The notes beneath the pieces were generated by a model. It was given only the letters and a program-made list of their open reading frames with translations, had not been told where the DNA came from and ran no database searches. This document shows positions 12,451 to 25,048 of a stretch of 44,236 nt of DNA, one piece after another. The stretch lies in assembly GCF_001194135.2 (NCBI RefSeq), contig NC_068992.1:47163551-47207786 (forward strand). Direction: 5' to 3'. Each line of letters begins with the position of its first letter. The stretch's first letter is position 1. The translations under genes and the position numbers were made by a program. This DNA is from Octopus bimaculoides (taxonomy: Eukaryota).

Positions 12451-12644
12451 GTATTTAAATAGCGTATTTGGCGTGGGATGATACTATGGGGTGATTTGGT
12501 TCCTGCGTTTTTGAATTTGGTGATGTGACGTGCTGCTGATAATGAGTGATGTTTTTATTTTTTAACGGGTTAGTGTAGTAAAATAAAGGCCGAATTATAT
12601 TGGTGTGTTGCGTTAGTGTCACGTGCTGATTTATTGATGTACTT

Positions 12645-13031
12645 GACACATGTACCCTTAACGTAGTTCTCGGGGATATTCAGCGTGACACAGTGTGACA
12701 AGGCTGGCCCTTTGAATTACGGGCACAACAGAAACAGGAAGTAAGAGAGAGAGAAAGTTGTGGTGAAAGAGTACAGCAGGGTTCGCCACCATCCCCTGCT
12801 GGAGCCTNNNNNNNNNNTCGGGGATATTCAGCGTGACACAGTGTGACAAGGCTGGCCCTTTGAATTACGGGCACAACAGAAACAGGAAGTAAGAGAGAGA
12901 GAAAGTTGTGGTGAAAGAGTACAGCAGGGTTCGCCACCATCCCCTGCTGGAGCCTCGTGGAGTTTTAGGTGTTTTCGCTCAATAAACACTCACAACGCTC
13001 GGTCTGGGAATCGAAACCGCGATCCTCTGAC
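12645..13031 (-). mobile_element. SINE family C with a different 3' tail, 5'-truncated, containing an artefactual duplication
   Basis: It shares the 5' body with 21141-21458 (GGTGTTTTCGCTCAATAAACACTCACAACG) and diverges after the pyrimidine tract. Positions 12670-12807 are repeated exactly at 12818-12955 across a 10-N gap. Confidence 0.88.
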
Positions 13032-13729
13032 TGTTCTGGCCATGGCTACAGCATAAAGTAAACGACAGACATAACCTTTTGCCTGGTTCAATCTCCCTTC
13101 TCTGAATGTGATAGTTGATGTCACTCAACACGTATCATCTTAATATAATGCTCTATACTAATGACATTTTGTTGATATATACTAAGGGCAAAGACATTCC
13201 AGGTATGACCATCCCGTTTTAAGGGATATCCGTGATTATATTTTTCAGAGTTTCTTTCCATATTTACAACTTCGAAGATTGATTTGCGTAAGATTTGGCT
13301 GCTATTTCTAACAATATTAACGGCCACCTAGAAGCTCCTCTGTTGTCGGCTGCTGTCATTTTAGGACCAATGAGTGTGAAATATTCTTATGCTTAGACTT
13401 AGGTGATGGTGCTGTTTGACGGAGTCCGGGATTGGCGTATTGATCTGTTATAATTGGTTTGGCTTTCACTGATGAGGTACGATTAACGTATTAGGTTTGA
13501 CAAGGTACGATGTGTCATAGTGTTTGTTTGTTTGGCATCCTTATTGTTTTAGGGGCCATTATACAGGGTTACAGAGATTTGCACAGACGAATACGAGTTG
13601 TCATGCGTTGAGAAACACAAATACACACTTATACATATACATTCATACTCACACGTACACACATACATTTGTATATATATATATATATGTATACATACGG
13701 ACTTACGCGTGTGTATGTGTGTGTGTGTC

Positions 13730-13770
<41 letters not shown>

Positions 13771-13791
13771 GGAGAGAGAGAGAGAGAGAGA

Positions 13792-14360
<569 letters not shown>

Positions 14361-14619
14361 CACTCTTTTCGATTATAAAATTCATTCACATGAACAAAAT
14401 GCTTCATTGTCAATGAGCTGTCCCCACCGTGGCACTTATGATAAACAGTGGCAACACTGTTTCATTGCCGTGTGTTGTCTCCTGTATTTGTATATGTGTG
14501 TGTGTATGCGGTCGAGGATAGTTATTATGTGCATGCGCTGGAAACGTAAAACTGTCAAGTCGAGAGAACACGTGATATGAGCATGTGACGAGAACAAGTG
14601 ATAAAACATGATCCTTAAA

Positions 14620-15381
14620 TCTTTCCTTCACTACCTCTCTGTAACGTCCCTAATCTTCCTTTTCTTCTTTTTCTTCTCCTTCTTCTCCTCCTCGCCCTCC
14701 TCCTTCGCCCCCTCCCTCTGTACCAGTTTGTCTTTTCTCTTTTCTTCATTGTCGTTTTCTTTTTTTCGTCACCGTTTGCCTCTTTTACTTCTTCCTTTCC
14801 TCCTTATCTTCTTTCTCCTCATCTACTTTGTCTTTTCCTTCTTCATCATTTTCTTTTTTCTTCATCATTTGTGTGTTTTACTTAGCTTCTTCTTTTCCTT
14901 CTACTTCTTTGTCTCTTTCTTATTTCTTCTTCGTCGTTTTCTTTTTCTTTGTCATCTTATTCTTTTAGTCCTTCATCATCTGCTTCTTTCTCTTCTTGCT
15001 CTTCTTCTTTTTCTTCTTCTTCTTCTCCTTCTTCTTCTTCTATTTCTTCTTCTTCTTCATCGTTTCCTTTTTCTTCATCGGCATCTTATTCTTATTCTTT
15101 TACTCCTTCAATCTACATACATTCAACTATACATGCATATGCACACAGAATCAAATGAGTAGTTTCTAAGTGGCCGCTCAACACACTAGAAATAGCAGTT
15201 AAATCCCCCTCGTGTTACACTCAACTACGTAAATCAAAAAGTTTTAGTTATGTTGTTGTGAGGTACATTATTCATGTAAAAAATATGACGTGGGGCCACG
15301 GCCAGAACGTGTTTCATCTTAGATCTGCTCAATCAGCTTTGAGTTTGGGTTATACATTAACTACGAACGCAATAAGCCACA

Positions 15382-15427
<46 letters not shown>

Positions 15428-17480
15428 TTCCACACATATGTACATATACAAATATTCGCAAAGACACACATCCAGCCACACACATATACGTATACACAAA
15501 ACAGTCATCCAGCCACTCATATACAATCCAACTACACATTTACACATATACACAAATACTCACATACGTACACATGCACACACATCCAGCTCCTTACATA
15601 CAAATTAAATACACACTACACACCCACACAAACAAACACACATACGCAAACACTACACACACACACACACAAACACACATATACACGCATATACAAGCAA
15701 ACACATTATGTACTTCGATAAACTTTTCGGAAATCATTCTCCGAATGTAATATACTATCTTTATGATTGTGCCAATGTTGGTGCCTCTATGTGGTCAGTT
15801 AATCATCAAGAAATAGCAGCTAGATGGCCTTCAAATCACACAATATCTAGCATTATAAAAGCTACATAATGTACTCCAAGAAACACTTAAATGCTGAGGT
15901 CATGGTTGGAGACTGTGCTACGTTAGCATAATTCAGTAAATGAAGAACCTCTATCGTTTGCTCCATGTAAATGAAGTTTACTCTCACCACTTCGATCTTG
16001 GTTATACCTGATTCCTGTTTTCTGCTTCATCTTTTTATTAAACAGGATATTCTGACTCCTCGCTTCCTCTTCTGATTCTCTCTTTCTAATTTTCTGTTAT
16101 TTCTAAGCCTTTCTTCTCATCTTTCTGTCTTCACTTCCCTCTCTCCCGCTCTCTCTATCTCCTCTCCCTACCCCCTCTCTCTCGCTCTCTTATCTATCTA
16201 GCTAGTTAGCTGTTTATTAATTTCACGATTCTCGATAAACTTTCCCTTCTTTCATCTGTTGTTTCCTCTCTTTCCGCTGTTTCCCGTAACCATTTCTATC
16301 TTCTTTCTATCTCCATGTTATTGTTTATTTTCTCAACTTTTCCTTTATTTTCTGTCTTCTTGTCTGTCTTCCGTTTTTTGCTGCCATTCACTTTTTCCTT
16401 TCCCGTTTCTGCCTTCCGTATTTGTGTCATATTTTTCTTCCTTCCATGCCTTCTCCATTCGCATCTCTCTTCCATAATGTCGTATCACTTATTTTTCTTT
16501 TTGATTTTCATCTCTTACATCCTCGTATCAGGCTTTTATAGTTACCTCTCCTTCTTGTTTCCTTTCAATTTCTGTATTTTGTGTGCTCTTTCAATATTTT
16601 GGGTCACTTTTTAGTCATTCCCCATTTTGGGTCACAAATTTCTTTATTTTGTGCCATATATCTGTCTTCAGAAGTGTATGTCTTTTATTTTCTATTCTGT
16701 ATTTAGTGAGAATTTTTTCCTCTTTTCCATATATATTTTATACATATTTTATTTTCCTGTCTTCTGTACTCAGTGTCTTATGACTTTCTTCCGTATTTTC
16801 TATTTTATTTGTCCTCCATATTTTGTGTCACTTTTTTTCTTCCGACATCCGCATTTTCGGTTATTTTTTTTTTATCTTCATTATTTTCTGTTATTATTTA
16901 TATTTTCCGAATTTTGTGCATCTTTTTTTATACTTCTGTACTTTATATATTCCATAATTAATCTCTTCTTTTGTCTTCAATACATTATATTTATTGGTGT
17001 GCCAATGTGTACGTATGTGTGTATATCAAGCTATAAATCTTCTCTTATAAATGTATATTTACATATATACGTTGTGTGTGAGTGCCTACTGAATTCATAA
17101 AACGTCTTCTTTACAACATTCGTTCTGTTTACTTTATCTCTTCTCTTCGTTTGTTTTTTTGTCTTGTTTTTACAGCCTTTCCAAATTCTTCTCTCTATCT
17201 TGCGTACTCACTCCCTTCATTCTGCAACCTCACATATTCCATTGTTTTTAATGCTTGTTTATTTCTTCCACATTTCCACACTATCTTTCCGTATTTCTGT
17301 ATTTCATTCCAAATATCTATCTGACTGTCACAATATATATATCTACGTTTCTTCTCGGTATCTATGCATTTCTCATCTTACTGTCTTTTAGTATGTATGT
17401 ATGTATGTATGTATGTATGTATGTATGCATGCTTGTACTATCTCTACTTCCAACTCTTTTCTTCCGTCCTTCGTCTCTTA
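14620..17480. repeat. Pyrimidine-skewed low-complexity region
   Basis: A CT/CTT-rich block lies at about 14620-15110 and a T-rich block at about 16000-17480 on the plus strand, with a CA-rich block between them. Confidence 0.85.
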
Positions 17481-17624
17481 CAATCTGTCTTCCACACTTC
17501 TGTATGCGTGTGGGAATATGTGTGTATGTGTATGTATGTGTGTATGTATGTACGTACGTTTATACGCATGTATGTAAGTATGTGTGTATGTGTATATGTA
17601 TACACATCAACCCCCCAACTCTCA

Positions 17625-17761
17625 ACTTAATTATTTATCGATCCCGAAAGGAGAAAAGGCAAAGTCGACCTCAGTGGAATTTGAACTAAGAAGATGGCGA
17701 CGAACGAAATGCCTTCAAGCATTTTGTCAGCGCGCTAAACATTCTACAAGCTTACTGCCAT
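17625..17761 (-). mobile_element. SINE family A, 5' portion
   Basis: The plus strand reads TTTATCGATCCCGAAAGGAGAAAAGGCAAAGTCGACCTCAGTGGAATTTGAACT. It abuts the LINE poly-A. Confidence 0.75.
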
Positions 17762-17773
17762 AATAATATAATC

Positions 17774-18425
17774 TTTTTTTTTTTTTTTTGGTTTCAGAGC
17801 CGAATACAAAACAAAATTCTCTAAAAGGTGGGCTAACCAAGGAACCAACACATCCTGGTCATCTCGACCGCCAAGAGCACCGCAAACATTCACCTCTCAA
17901 CCTCTTTAACCCATTCGGCTTACAGACGGATGTTCAGAGTAGGTCCATTCACACGGGCTTTCTTTATCATATTCACACACTTTTCAACAAAATACTGGGG
18001 CAGGGGCAGCAGCTCCCTCTCTATCTTCACTTACCTTTGTAAGTGGAACTTGCCAAAGTCGATGAAGGCTTGGCGGAAGAGAAAAGTAACTGTCGTAAGC
18101 CTTTTCAACCCCGTCCAACACACTACCTCTTTCGCCATAGCCACCAGACAGGGGCAAACTGCTTTCTGTCCCGGTCAAAAGAAAGCAGCGGGGCGATCCT
18201 CACGATTGACTAGACTGATACCCGAAACCGTCCTATACGCTTTAATACCTGTTCGACAAAGCTCAAGGAGTCAGCAATGCCCGGATACTGGAAGAGGCCA
18301 TGTCGAATGGGTTCACCGTTCTGTTTTCACCTCAGACAAGTCCGTCTGACAAGCACTTCTCTACATGCAGATCTTGTCTCGAACCGGCAAATAATAAAAC
18401 AAGCCTTATTCAGGGACCTTTTGAG
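17774..18425 (-). mobile_element. 5'-truncated, decayed non-LTR retrotransposon (L1/Tx1-type ORF2 C-terminus, 3' UTR, poly-A)
   Basis: The minus-strand translation, across frameshifts and stops, reads LPVRDK...RTCLR*KQNGEPIRHGLFQYP...FVEQVLKRIGR...CLVAMAKEVVCWT...KFHLQR*VKIERELLP...ARVNGPTLNIRL*. The CX2CX8HX4C spacing is preserved, with C2 changed to a stop and C4 to Y. The stop is at 17922-17920 and a 16-nt poly-A is at 17774-17789. Confidence 0.85.
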
Positions 18426-18530
18426 CAGGGTGGGCGACGATGATGAGAATGATGATGATGTGAAGGAGGAGGAGGGAATGTCGATCTTCGCATAATGGAT
18501 TTAATCTATAACACGGCCCTACCGTACTAT

Positions 18531-18660
18531 ACTGGTATTAAATATCGCTACTTCCAAAATGAAAGATAAAGTTGTCCGTGACGGAATTTGAACTCAGAAT
18601 GTTAGCAGCCGAAACAGATGCAGAAAATCATTTGTTCCGATGCTCAAGCGATTCTGCCGA
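18531..18660 (-). mobile_element. SINE family A, degenerate
   Basis: The plus strand reads ACTGGTATT...ATGAAAGATAAAGTT...CGGAATTTGAACTCAGAA...CGATTCTGCC. Confidence 0.65.
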
Positions 18661-18813
18661 TAGTTGAATTATTTGTCTAGATAAGGTAGCATGATTCGAT
18701 ATTTCGCTTTACAATCACATGGTGGCATATTCGATCTACGGCAGAGTAACTTGGGTAGGTAGTATATATTTCAAAGTTAGATCACAGATAAACTCTGCTG
18801 TTATTTAAATATA

Positions 18814-18968
18814 GGTAGTCTGATCAATAAACATCCGGGCTGTTGCTATAGTAACGAAGCTAAAGCACGCAGGTTGAAGCCACTTGGCACAGATTGACCT
18901 TCAACTCTGCTACGCATGCACACTAAGTTTAAACGTTCTAGCTCACTTCCGCTGTTTACAGCAGTGCT
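18814..18968 (+). mobile_element. Probable 5' end of a mariner-type DNA transposon (TIR and 5' UTR fragment)
   Basis: It begins after TA with GGTAGTCTGATCAATAAACATCCGGGCTG, which resembles a cephalopod mariner terminus as I recall it. No transposase or second TIR is visible. The assignment is from memory. Confidence 0.5.
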
Positions 18969-19109
18969 TACGTCCAGCCTCTTATAATTTGGTGAAGGGC
19001 TAAGATGAAGGCTCTACGAATTTGCTCCGCAGGCTAGGAATGGCAAATAAATCTACCGCATGTGAAACGGAAATTTTAAAGAAGGACGTTTTGATGTAGT
19101 GTTAGACAT

Positions 19110-19209
19110 GGTACGCAACTGGTACTTAATTTATCGATCCTGAAAGGATGAAAGATAAACTGACCTCGGCGGAATTTGAACTCAGAACGTAAAAAACAGA
19201 CGAAATACC
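19110..19209 (-). mobile_element. Family A partial copy in tandem with the full copy
   Basis: It repeats about 19294-19393 with an offset of 184 bp. The junction is the palindrome ACGAAATA-CC-TATTTCGT (19200-19217). Confidence 0.9.
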
Positions 19210-19443
19210 TATTTCGTTATTGCCCACAAGGGGCTAAACATAGAGGGAACAAACAAGAACAGACGAACGGATTAAATCGATTACATCGACCTCAGTGCGT
19301 AACTGGTACTTAATTTATCGACCCCGAAAGGGTGAAAGGCAAATTCGACCTCGGCGGAATTTGAACTCAGAACGTAAAAACAGACGAAATACCGCTAAGC
19401 ATTTCGCCTGGCGTGCTAAGGTTTCTGCCAGCTCGCCGCCTTA
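19210..19443 (-). mobile_element. tRNA-derived SINE family A, full length, tail type 2
   Basis: The head TAAGGCGGCGAGCTGGCAG has an A-box-like motif and B-box GAGTTCAAATTCC. The central module is GCCTTTCACCCTTTCGGGGTCGATAAATTAAGTACCAG (Meta/MESC-like, from memory). The tail ends ...CCCCTTGTGGGCAATAACGAAATA. Confidence 0.92.
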
Positions 19444-21140
19444 ATACAGAATATATATCGCCGACATTTTAGTGCAACCATCTTCGTCCTTTGCTGTCAA
19501 TTAATGATCAGTTTGCAGTGACTATCAGAGAAACAGTAGAGCACAAGACTAAAAAGGCACTACCGTATCGATCTCCATTCCTTCAATAATGATCTGACAT
19601 AAAATCGTACCATGATTAACCTTTTCAACTACCATCTCTACGTTAGCTTTATGATTTGAATTAAATTTTATATACCATATCTCCAAATATCTGGCTTTGA
19701 TACACTTAAAAAAATCGATAGAGATATCCGTGTCGACGTTTTGAATAGTTTATAAAAGGATTGCAGTTAAGAAGTAGTTTTTTGTTTTGTTTTTCAAGTT
19801 CATATTTCGACTGAAGAATATGTTACATAAATAACGTGATCGTCATTGTTGTGGCTGCTATTTGATACCAAATCAATCGTGATCCAGCATATTTACATTC
19901 AAAAGGATTACATTTTCGGTTACCCTTTCTCTTTAATGAATCTAGGATTGTATCTTTTATTTTAAAATGATATGGTACTATTTACGGGAGGTTTGGCTGC
20001 ATTTTCTAGCAAATCAAAGCAGCTATAGCTTTCTTTTGGAATAACAACTAATGAAAATTCTGCCCTACTCTGTTAGCTTGTCACTTGATTTACTTCCTTG
20101 TCTTTTGGGCAAATGTTCTATTTGGGGCTGATATGTTGGCCAGAATGTTGAAATTGCTCAGAATAAATAGTAAAAGTTTGGTAACATATAGCCGAGTGTT
20201 ATATGGTGATAAATCGTGCTGCTTAGTGTTACAGAAAGTGATACTTAATGTTATTGGGTGTTGCTTAGGGTGATTCTCAGAGCATTATTTAGTGTACTAA
20301 TTAGACTCTTACATACACTGATTTCTACACTGTCACATAAAACAGTTCAGTATGCTAAATGAAGTTTTAACAGGTTCAATCATAAATTTAACACCTGCGT
20401 TGAACACAGCAGCACAACACCTCACAACAGACAACTATATAATACTACCCGGTTCTAAAAGACACAATTATACAACACTATCGTACACTACCCAACACTA
20501 TACAACTCATGGTGAAGCACTTAAGTCAAAGTGATATCGTACTGTGATCAGGCAAACTAAATTATAAAATCACTACACAGCATTGTTTTTGACCTTGGGA
20601 TAATTAAGTTGTCTCTCACCCCTAATTAGGAAAAAGTTGAAACAAATTTTCTCAAATAAAGGGCTGTATTTCATGAGGATTTCTGTGTATCTTTCTTGCC
20701 TTTAATCTGGAATTTTATTTATTTAGTTATATTTTTTGAAGCCTTATTCTTCTGTTGCAGTTGACCATAACTTTCCATTTTTCTTCAACGTCTCTATTTT
20801 CCCTCCGTTGTCAAGCGAAGAGGTTACAGCGCGACTCGGAGTCTCTTGCCAGAGATTAACCTTGTCGGATAATAGCGTCGACGGTACTGATGATGAAGGA
20901 CTATGTTTGTTACTATGGAAACAGAGGCAGCAGTAACCTCTGTTGTCTCCACATGTTGCCATCTCGACTACTCCCTTCCAATTTATATTTTCTTCTACTT
21001 TTCATTTTCGTCCATGCAAAACCCCACTTGCATCCTTTTCTACATGTGAGTAAGAATTAGACCTTCCTTGCACCACCGATATTTGCTTGACACTCCCTCA
21101 AAGGTTTATAGATAAACTTGTCTTTACTAGAGTACTTAGT

Positions 21141-21458
21141 TATTTTATTTATTTATGCGCCCTTTTAAAGCCTAGCCAGGCTCATGGACCCGGTTTCCCG
21201 GTTTCTATGGCATATGCGTTCCCCCAGCTGGACGGGACGCCAGTCCATCGCAGTGTTACCCAAGAAATAGGAAGAAAGAGTGAGAGAAAGTTGGGCGAAA
21301 GAGTACAACAGAGGTCGCCACCACCCGCTGCCGGAGCCTCGTAGAGCTTTTTTAGGTGTTTTCGCTCAATAAACACTCACAACGCCCGGTCTGGGAATCG
21401 AAACCGCGATCCTCCAACCGCGAGTCCGCTGCCCTAACTATTGGGCCATTGCGTCTCC
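21141..21458 (-). mobile_element. tRNA-derived SINE family C, full length, with a target-site duplication
   Basis: The head GGAGACGCAATGGCCCAATAGTTAGG carries B-box GGTTTCGATTCCC, and the tail is A-rich. The 15-bp TSD has one mismatch: ACTAGAGTACTTAGT (21126-21140) and ACTACAGTACTTAGT (21459-21473). Confidence 0.93.
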
Positions 21459-22001
21459 ACTACAGTACTTAGTAGTCTATACAAATCTTAGACGTCCACA
21501 CACTGCTGCCAGTCAATCTAGCTTTATTGTTGTGCAGAAGTGACGACCCACCAAGAATCAACGTCGATAACAATATCGTTGACTAAATACCCACACATTA
21601 CTCCGGAATAAAACTTTGGGTAAGCATGGGGCACACCAGACCTACCTCTCCTCGCCGAATCTCCCAGTCACTCTCTTCCATGTACCTCCTTCGAAAGAAG
21701 TGCATAACCTGCCACACATCGGATATCACTTCTCCCAAACCCTTCTTTCTCCAGCACATGTAAATTCTTCAAAACTGTTTGCAAAACAAAAGTATATTAC
21801 ATTCTTACGTGTCCTTCCCTGTGAAAATTTCTAGTGCCAGGAGGTAACATTTGCTCGATATCTCTAGTTCATACTTTCTCTTTTATTCTTCACCTGGTCC
21901 TACATAACCCATAACAATTTCAAAAGATGAATTGCCGGTGTAATTTTCATAATTGTCGTTAGATATCATTCCCAGTTTAATTAATATTTTTTAGGCAATT
22001 C

Positions 22002-22085
<84 letters not shown>

Positions 22086-23399
22086 CTTTTCCGTTGTGCA
22101 CTTGTAAGTCGTTAAGCTTCTATAATTTTTATAATCTTTGTATACCTTTTAAGGCTGCTTCCGTGTTTGAAAATAATTCAGTCAGATTTTATTACGTTGT
22201 TGTCATTGATTCTTTAACTACGATGGAGAGCATCTCTTCTGTCTTTTCGGAGTCCATTTTAAGTAACGAATAGCAATGCAAACTATGTGAAATCATCTAT
22301 GTACAAATGTGTGTGTGTGTGTGTGTGAGGGACGAATCAATGTCTCAATGAACAATTCTTGTATCTTTGTTTATATGTAATCTATTCTCATATTTCAAAA
22401 AAATTTGTACGTAAAAGAAAATGTCATCGGTGAACTTTTTCAAAATTTCTTGAAAAAATTACTTCCGAATGAATCTCATCCATATAAAACAGCAGTAAAA
22501 ATGGTTATAGCAGTACCGGTACTATTCATGTTAATGCAAACACAACTACAATAACAACATGAGCAGCAAAAGCATTAATTTCTACAAATCCTCGAAAATT
22601 GATTCCATATTCTAATATTTGTTTCTGTAATTTTCTACTTGATTCCTTCATAATTATGTCGTGTCCCTAATTTCAGAAGCATTTCCGATCTACTGCATAA
22701 CTTATATTTGTATAACCAGCAAAATCGAAGCTAAAATATATAACATCAAATTCGAATGTCCATTTTCCTTTGAATAAATTAAATTATAAACACCTTGGAA
22801 ATATGTGACTGGGTGATGATCGAAGATACATATACGGGCAAGTTGCACGGCTTATATTATGAGAATGTCAGATGGAAAATTGCCTACGTATCATCAGAAG
22901 TTTATGTACGGTGGCTGGTTAGTAAAACATTAGAAATAGAGTAACGTGAATACACCAAACGGCCCATCTTGAGAGACAATATAACGCTCATTCTCTGATG
23001 GTGAGAACTTCGGGAAAAATGGCTAACCTAATATACAAATACATACAAACATATCAATAAATATATAATCTATAGTTAATTAGCATCTTATTCTGCTATT
23101 TTTTTACTGGAGTACGGCCATGATAGTACTTCTCCGTGAAACGTATTTAATCTATTATATCGACTCTTGCATTTTGTCCGATTGGTTACGATATGAATTT
23201 ATATATGTACACTGATATATTCTTGAATTCACATGTATGAGTCTATGTATGTATGTGTGTATGTATGTATATATATATATGTGTGTGTGTGTATTTATGT
23301 ATACATATATACATACATATATAAATGATTGTATATGAAAATGCTTGTCATATTCATTTACATTTATGTAACTATGTGTGTATGCATAACCACGTTGTT

Positions 23400-23448
<49 letters not shown>

Positions 23449-24204
23449 AACGCACGTAGATACATAATTCAATATGTCCAATCGACGTGATTTTCGGTTG
23501 AAAGTGCAAAGGTCACCATCAATATATATCTATTTATATAAATATCAATTCTTGTTGTTGGCTGGCACTGAGCCTGAACTTCTTCTGCACATTCTTCCAC
23601 ACCCAATTCCCACCCTTTCACTTTCTTTATCTTGCCATTTCTCCCAGCCCCTCCTACTCTTTCACTTTTAATTTCTTCATGCCACATCTCTCTTTCCCTC
23701 TCTCCCCCGCATTTATTTCGATCCCAATGGATCCCGCCGGCGCCACTGGTCAGACTTTTAGCTATAATTAGTATCACTGATCTCACAAACACTACTTTAA
23801 CGATCCATAACGTTGCAATCTCTCCATTTTTCTCTTGTTTTCTCTTCTCTCCGTATCACGTGATATTTTTACTCTGCACGCATTTGTATATCTTGTATCT
23901 ATCGATCCATACATGTTTTGTTTTAAAGCATAAAACTAAATAATTGAATAAATAAGTGTCTACATATTAAAATAAATATAATAGCTAACAAAATTATCTA
24001 AAATAATTAGCAAAAGTGCTGGAATGGAAAACAAGGATACTATATTAAGAGAAACAGCCAAATATTTTCATACATTCTGGGCGAACTTTTAACCAGAGTC
24101 AGCAATCCAATGACGAAGTCCCTGTTGTTACACCTCTTTCTACTACAACTACAATTCCTATTACTAATACAAATCTTTAATAGATAGCATGTAGTGTATA
24201 TAGT

Positions 24205-24345
24205 TTGGTAGCGTTTGGTCCAGTGCGTAGGGCGTTGTGCACAAGATCATTATGTCTGGTTCCGATTCTCGAACTGGGTGGCGCGTTGACCATGAGCAAA
24301 TTACTTCCATCACGCTGCTACAGAACACTCACGAAAAATAGGAAA
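24205..24345 (+). mobile_element. Old tRNA-derived SINE fragment
   Basis: It has A-box-like TGGTCCAGTGCGTAGG and B-box-like GGTTCCGATTCTC, then a CORE-like TGAGCAAATTACTTC. Confidence 0.4.
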
Positions 24346-24984
24346 CTATAAGCTTCAATTCCGAACAATACTTGTGTCGCATACAGAGGAGGGGAGGTCT
24401 ACTTTTAGTCTAAACACCTTGAAAATTTACATAAGTTACAGCCCCATGAACTATGTAAACTCAAGAAAGAATATATCATAGTACCAAAACTAATGACTTA
24501 TTCATCGTACACCCTTTATATTATGAGTTCGAATCACTCGTAAATAGCCTTTTTTTAAATCTAGTTAAGAATCGATCCAGTCATTCATTTCCTTCTTCTC
24601 TTAAATATCCAGCCCTGACTCTTTGTGATAAATTGATGCTGTAATTATGCACAAAATATCACAATCAATAAGGAGCTGATGAGGGTCGGTTTCTCTGAAG
24701 AAGGAGACAGAGTCTAATTCAAAGATAACCTAATCAATTCCAAATTTGAGCCTCAAAATAATAGAAAGGAGCATATGTCTGAGAAGGTGTGAGGAAAGTT
24801 TTATAAAGGGCTCTGCATCAACGATTCATATAACTTCGGGTTCACAGAGTCCAAATCAAGAATTGGAGGACAAACACTGTATCGAGGGCTACTTAAAGTA
24901 TTCTGCATTTTGAAGAGTTTGATAATTCTCTAGAGAGTGGAACTGGTTAACTTTTGTAGATCTTCTTGAGACTGGCGAAATATA

Positions 24985-25048
24985 TGAGACAGGCATTTAA
25001 CTTTTGTGAGACACATTTAACTTTTATGAGACAGACATTTAACATTTG
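24985..25048. repeat. About 21-bp minisatellite, three copies
   Basis: TGAGACA(GG/-/GA)CATTTAAC(T/A)TTT units start at 24985, 25007 and 25027. Confidence 0.85.

Noticed and set aside
12670-12955. Exact 138-bp duplication inside the family C SINE
   Set aside because: The two copies are identical and flank a 10-N gap, the signature of overlapping contig ends. It is treated as an assembly artefact.
13469-13510. CTGATGA followed by the hairpin GGTACG-ATTAA-CGTATT
   Set aside because: The GAAA, stem III and cleavage triplet are absent, so chance cannot be excluded.
14608-15162. 184-aa F/L/S-rich ORF and similar ORFs at 16.3-17.7 kb that look like membrane proteins
   Set aside because: They arise from pyrimidine-rich low-complexity DNA that lacks stop codons.
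20887-20938. CTGATGA...GAAAC...GTA arrangement
   Set aside because: The intervening sequence cannot form stem II.
21380-21458. tRNA-like sequences with A and B boxes
   Set aside because: They are SINE heads that continue into SINE bodies, not tRNA genes.
24676-24720. CTGATGA followed by a GTC...GAC stem
   Set aside because: There is no GAAA after the stem and no stem I partner.
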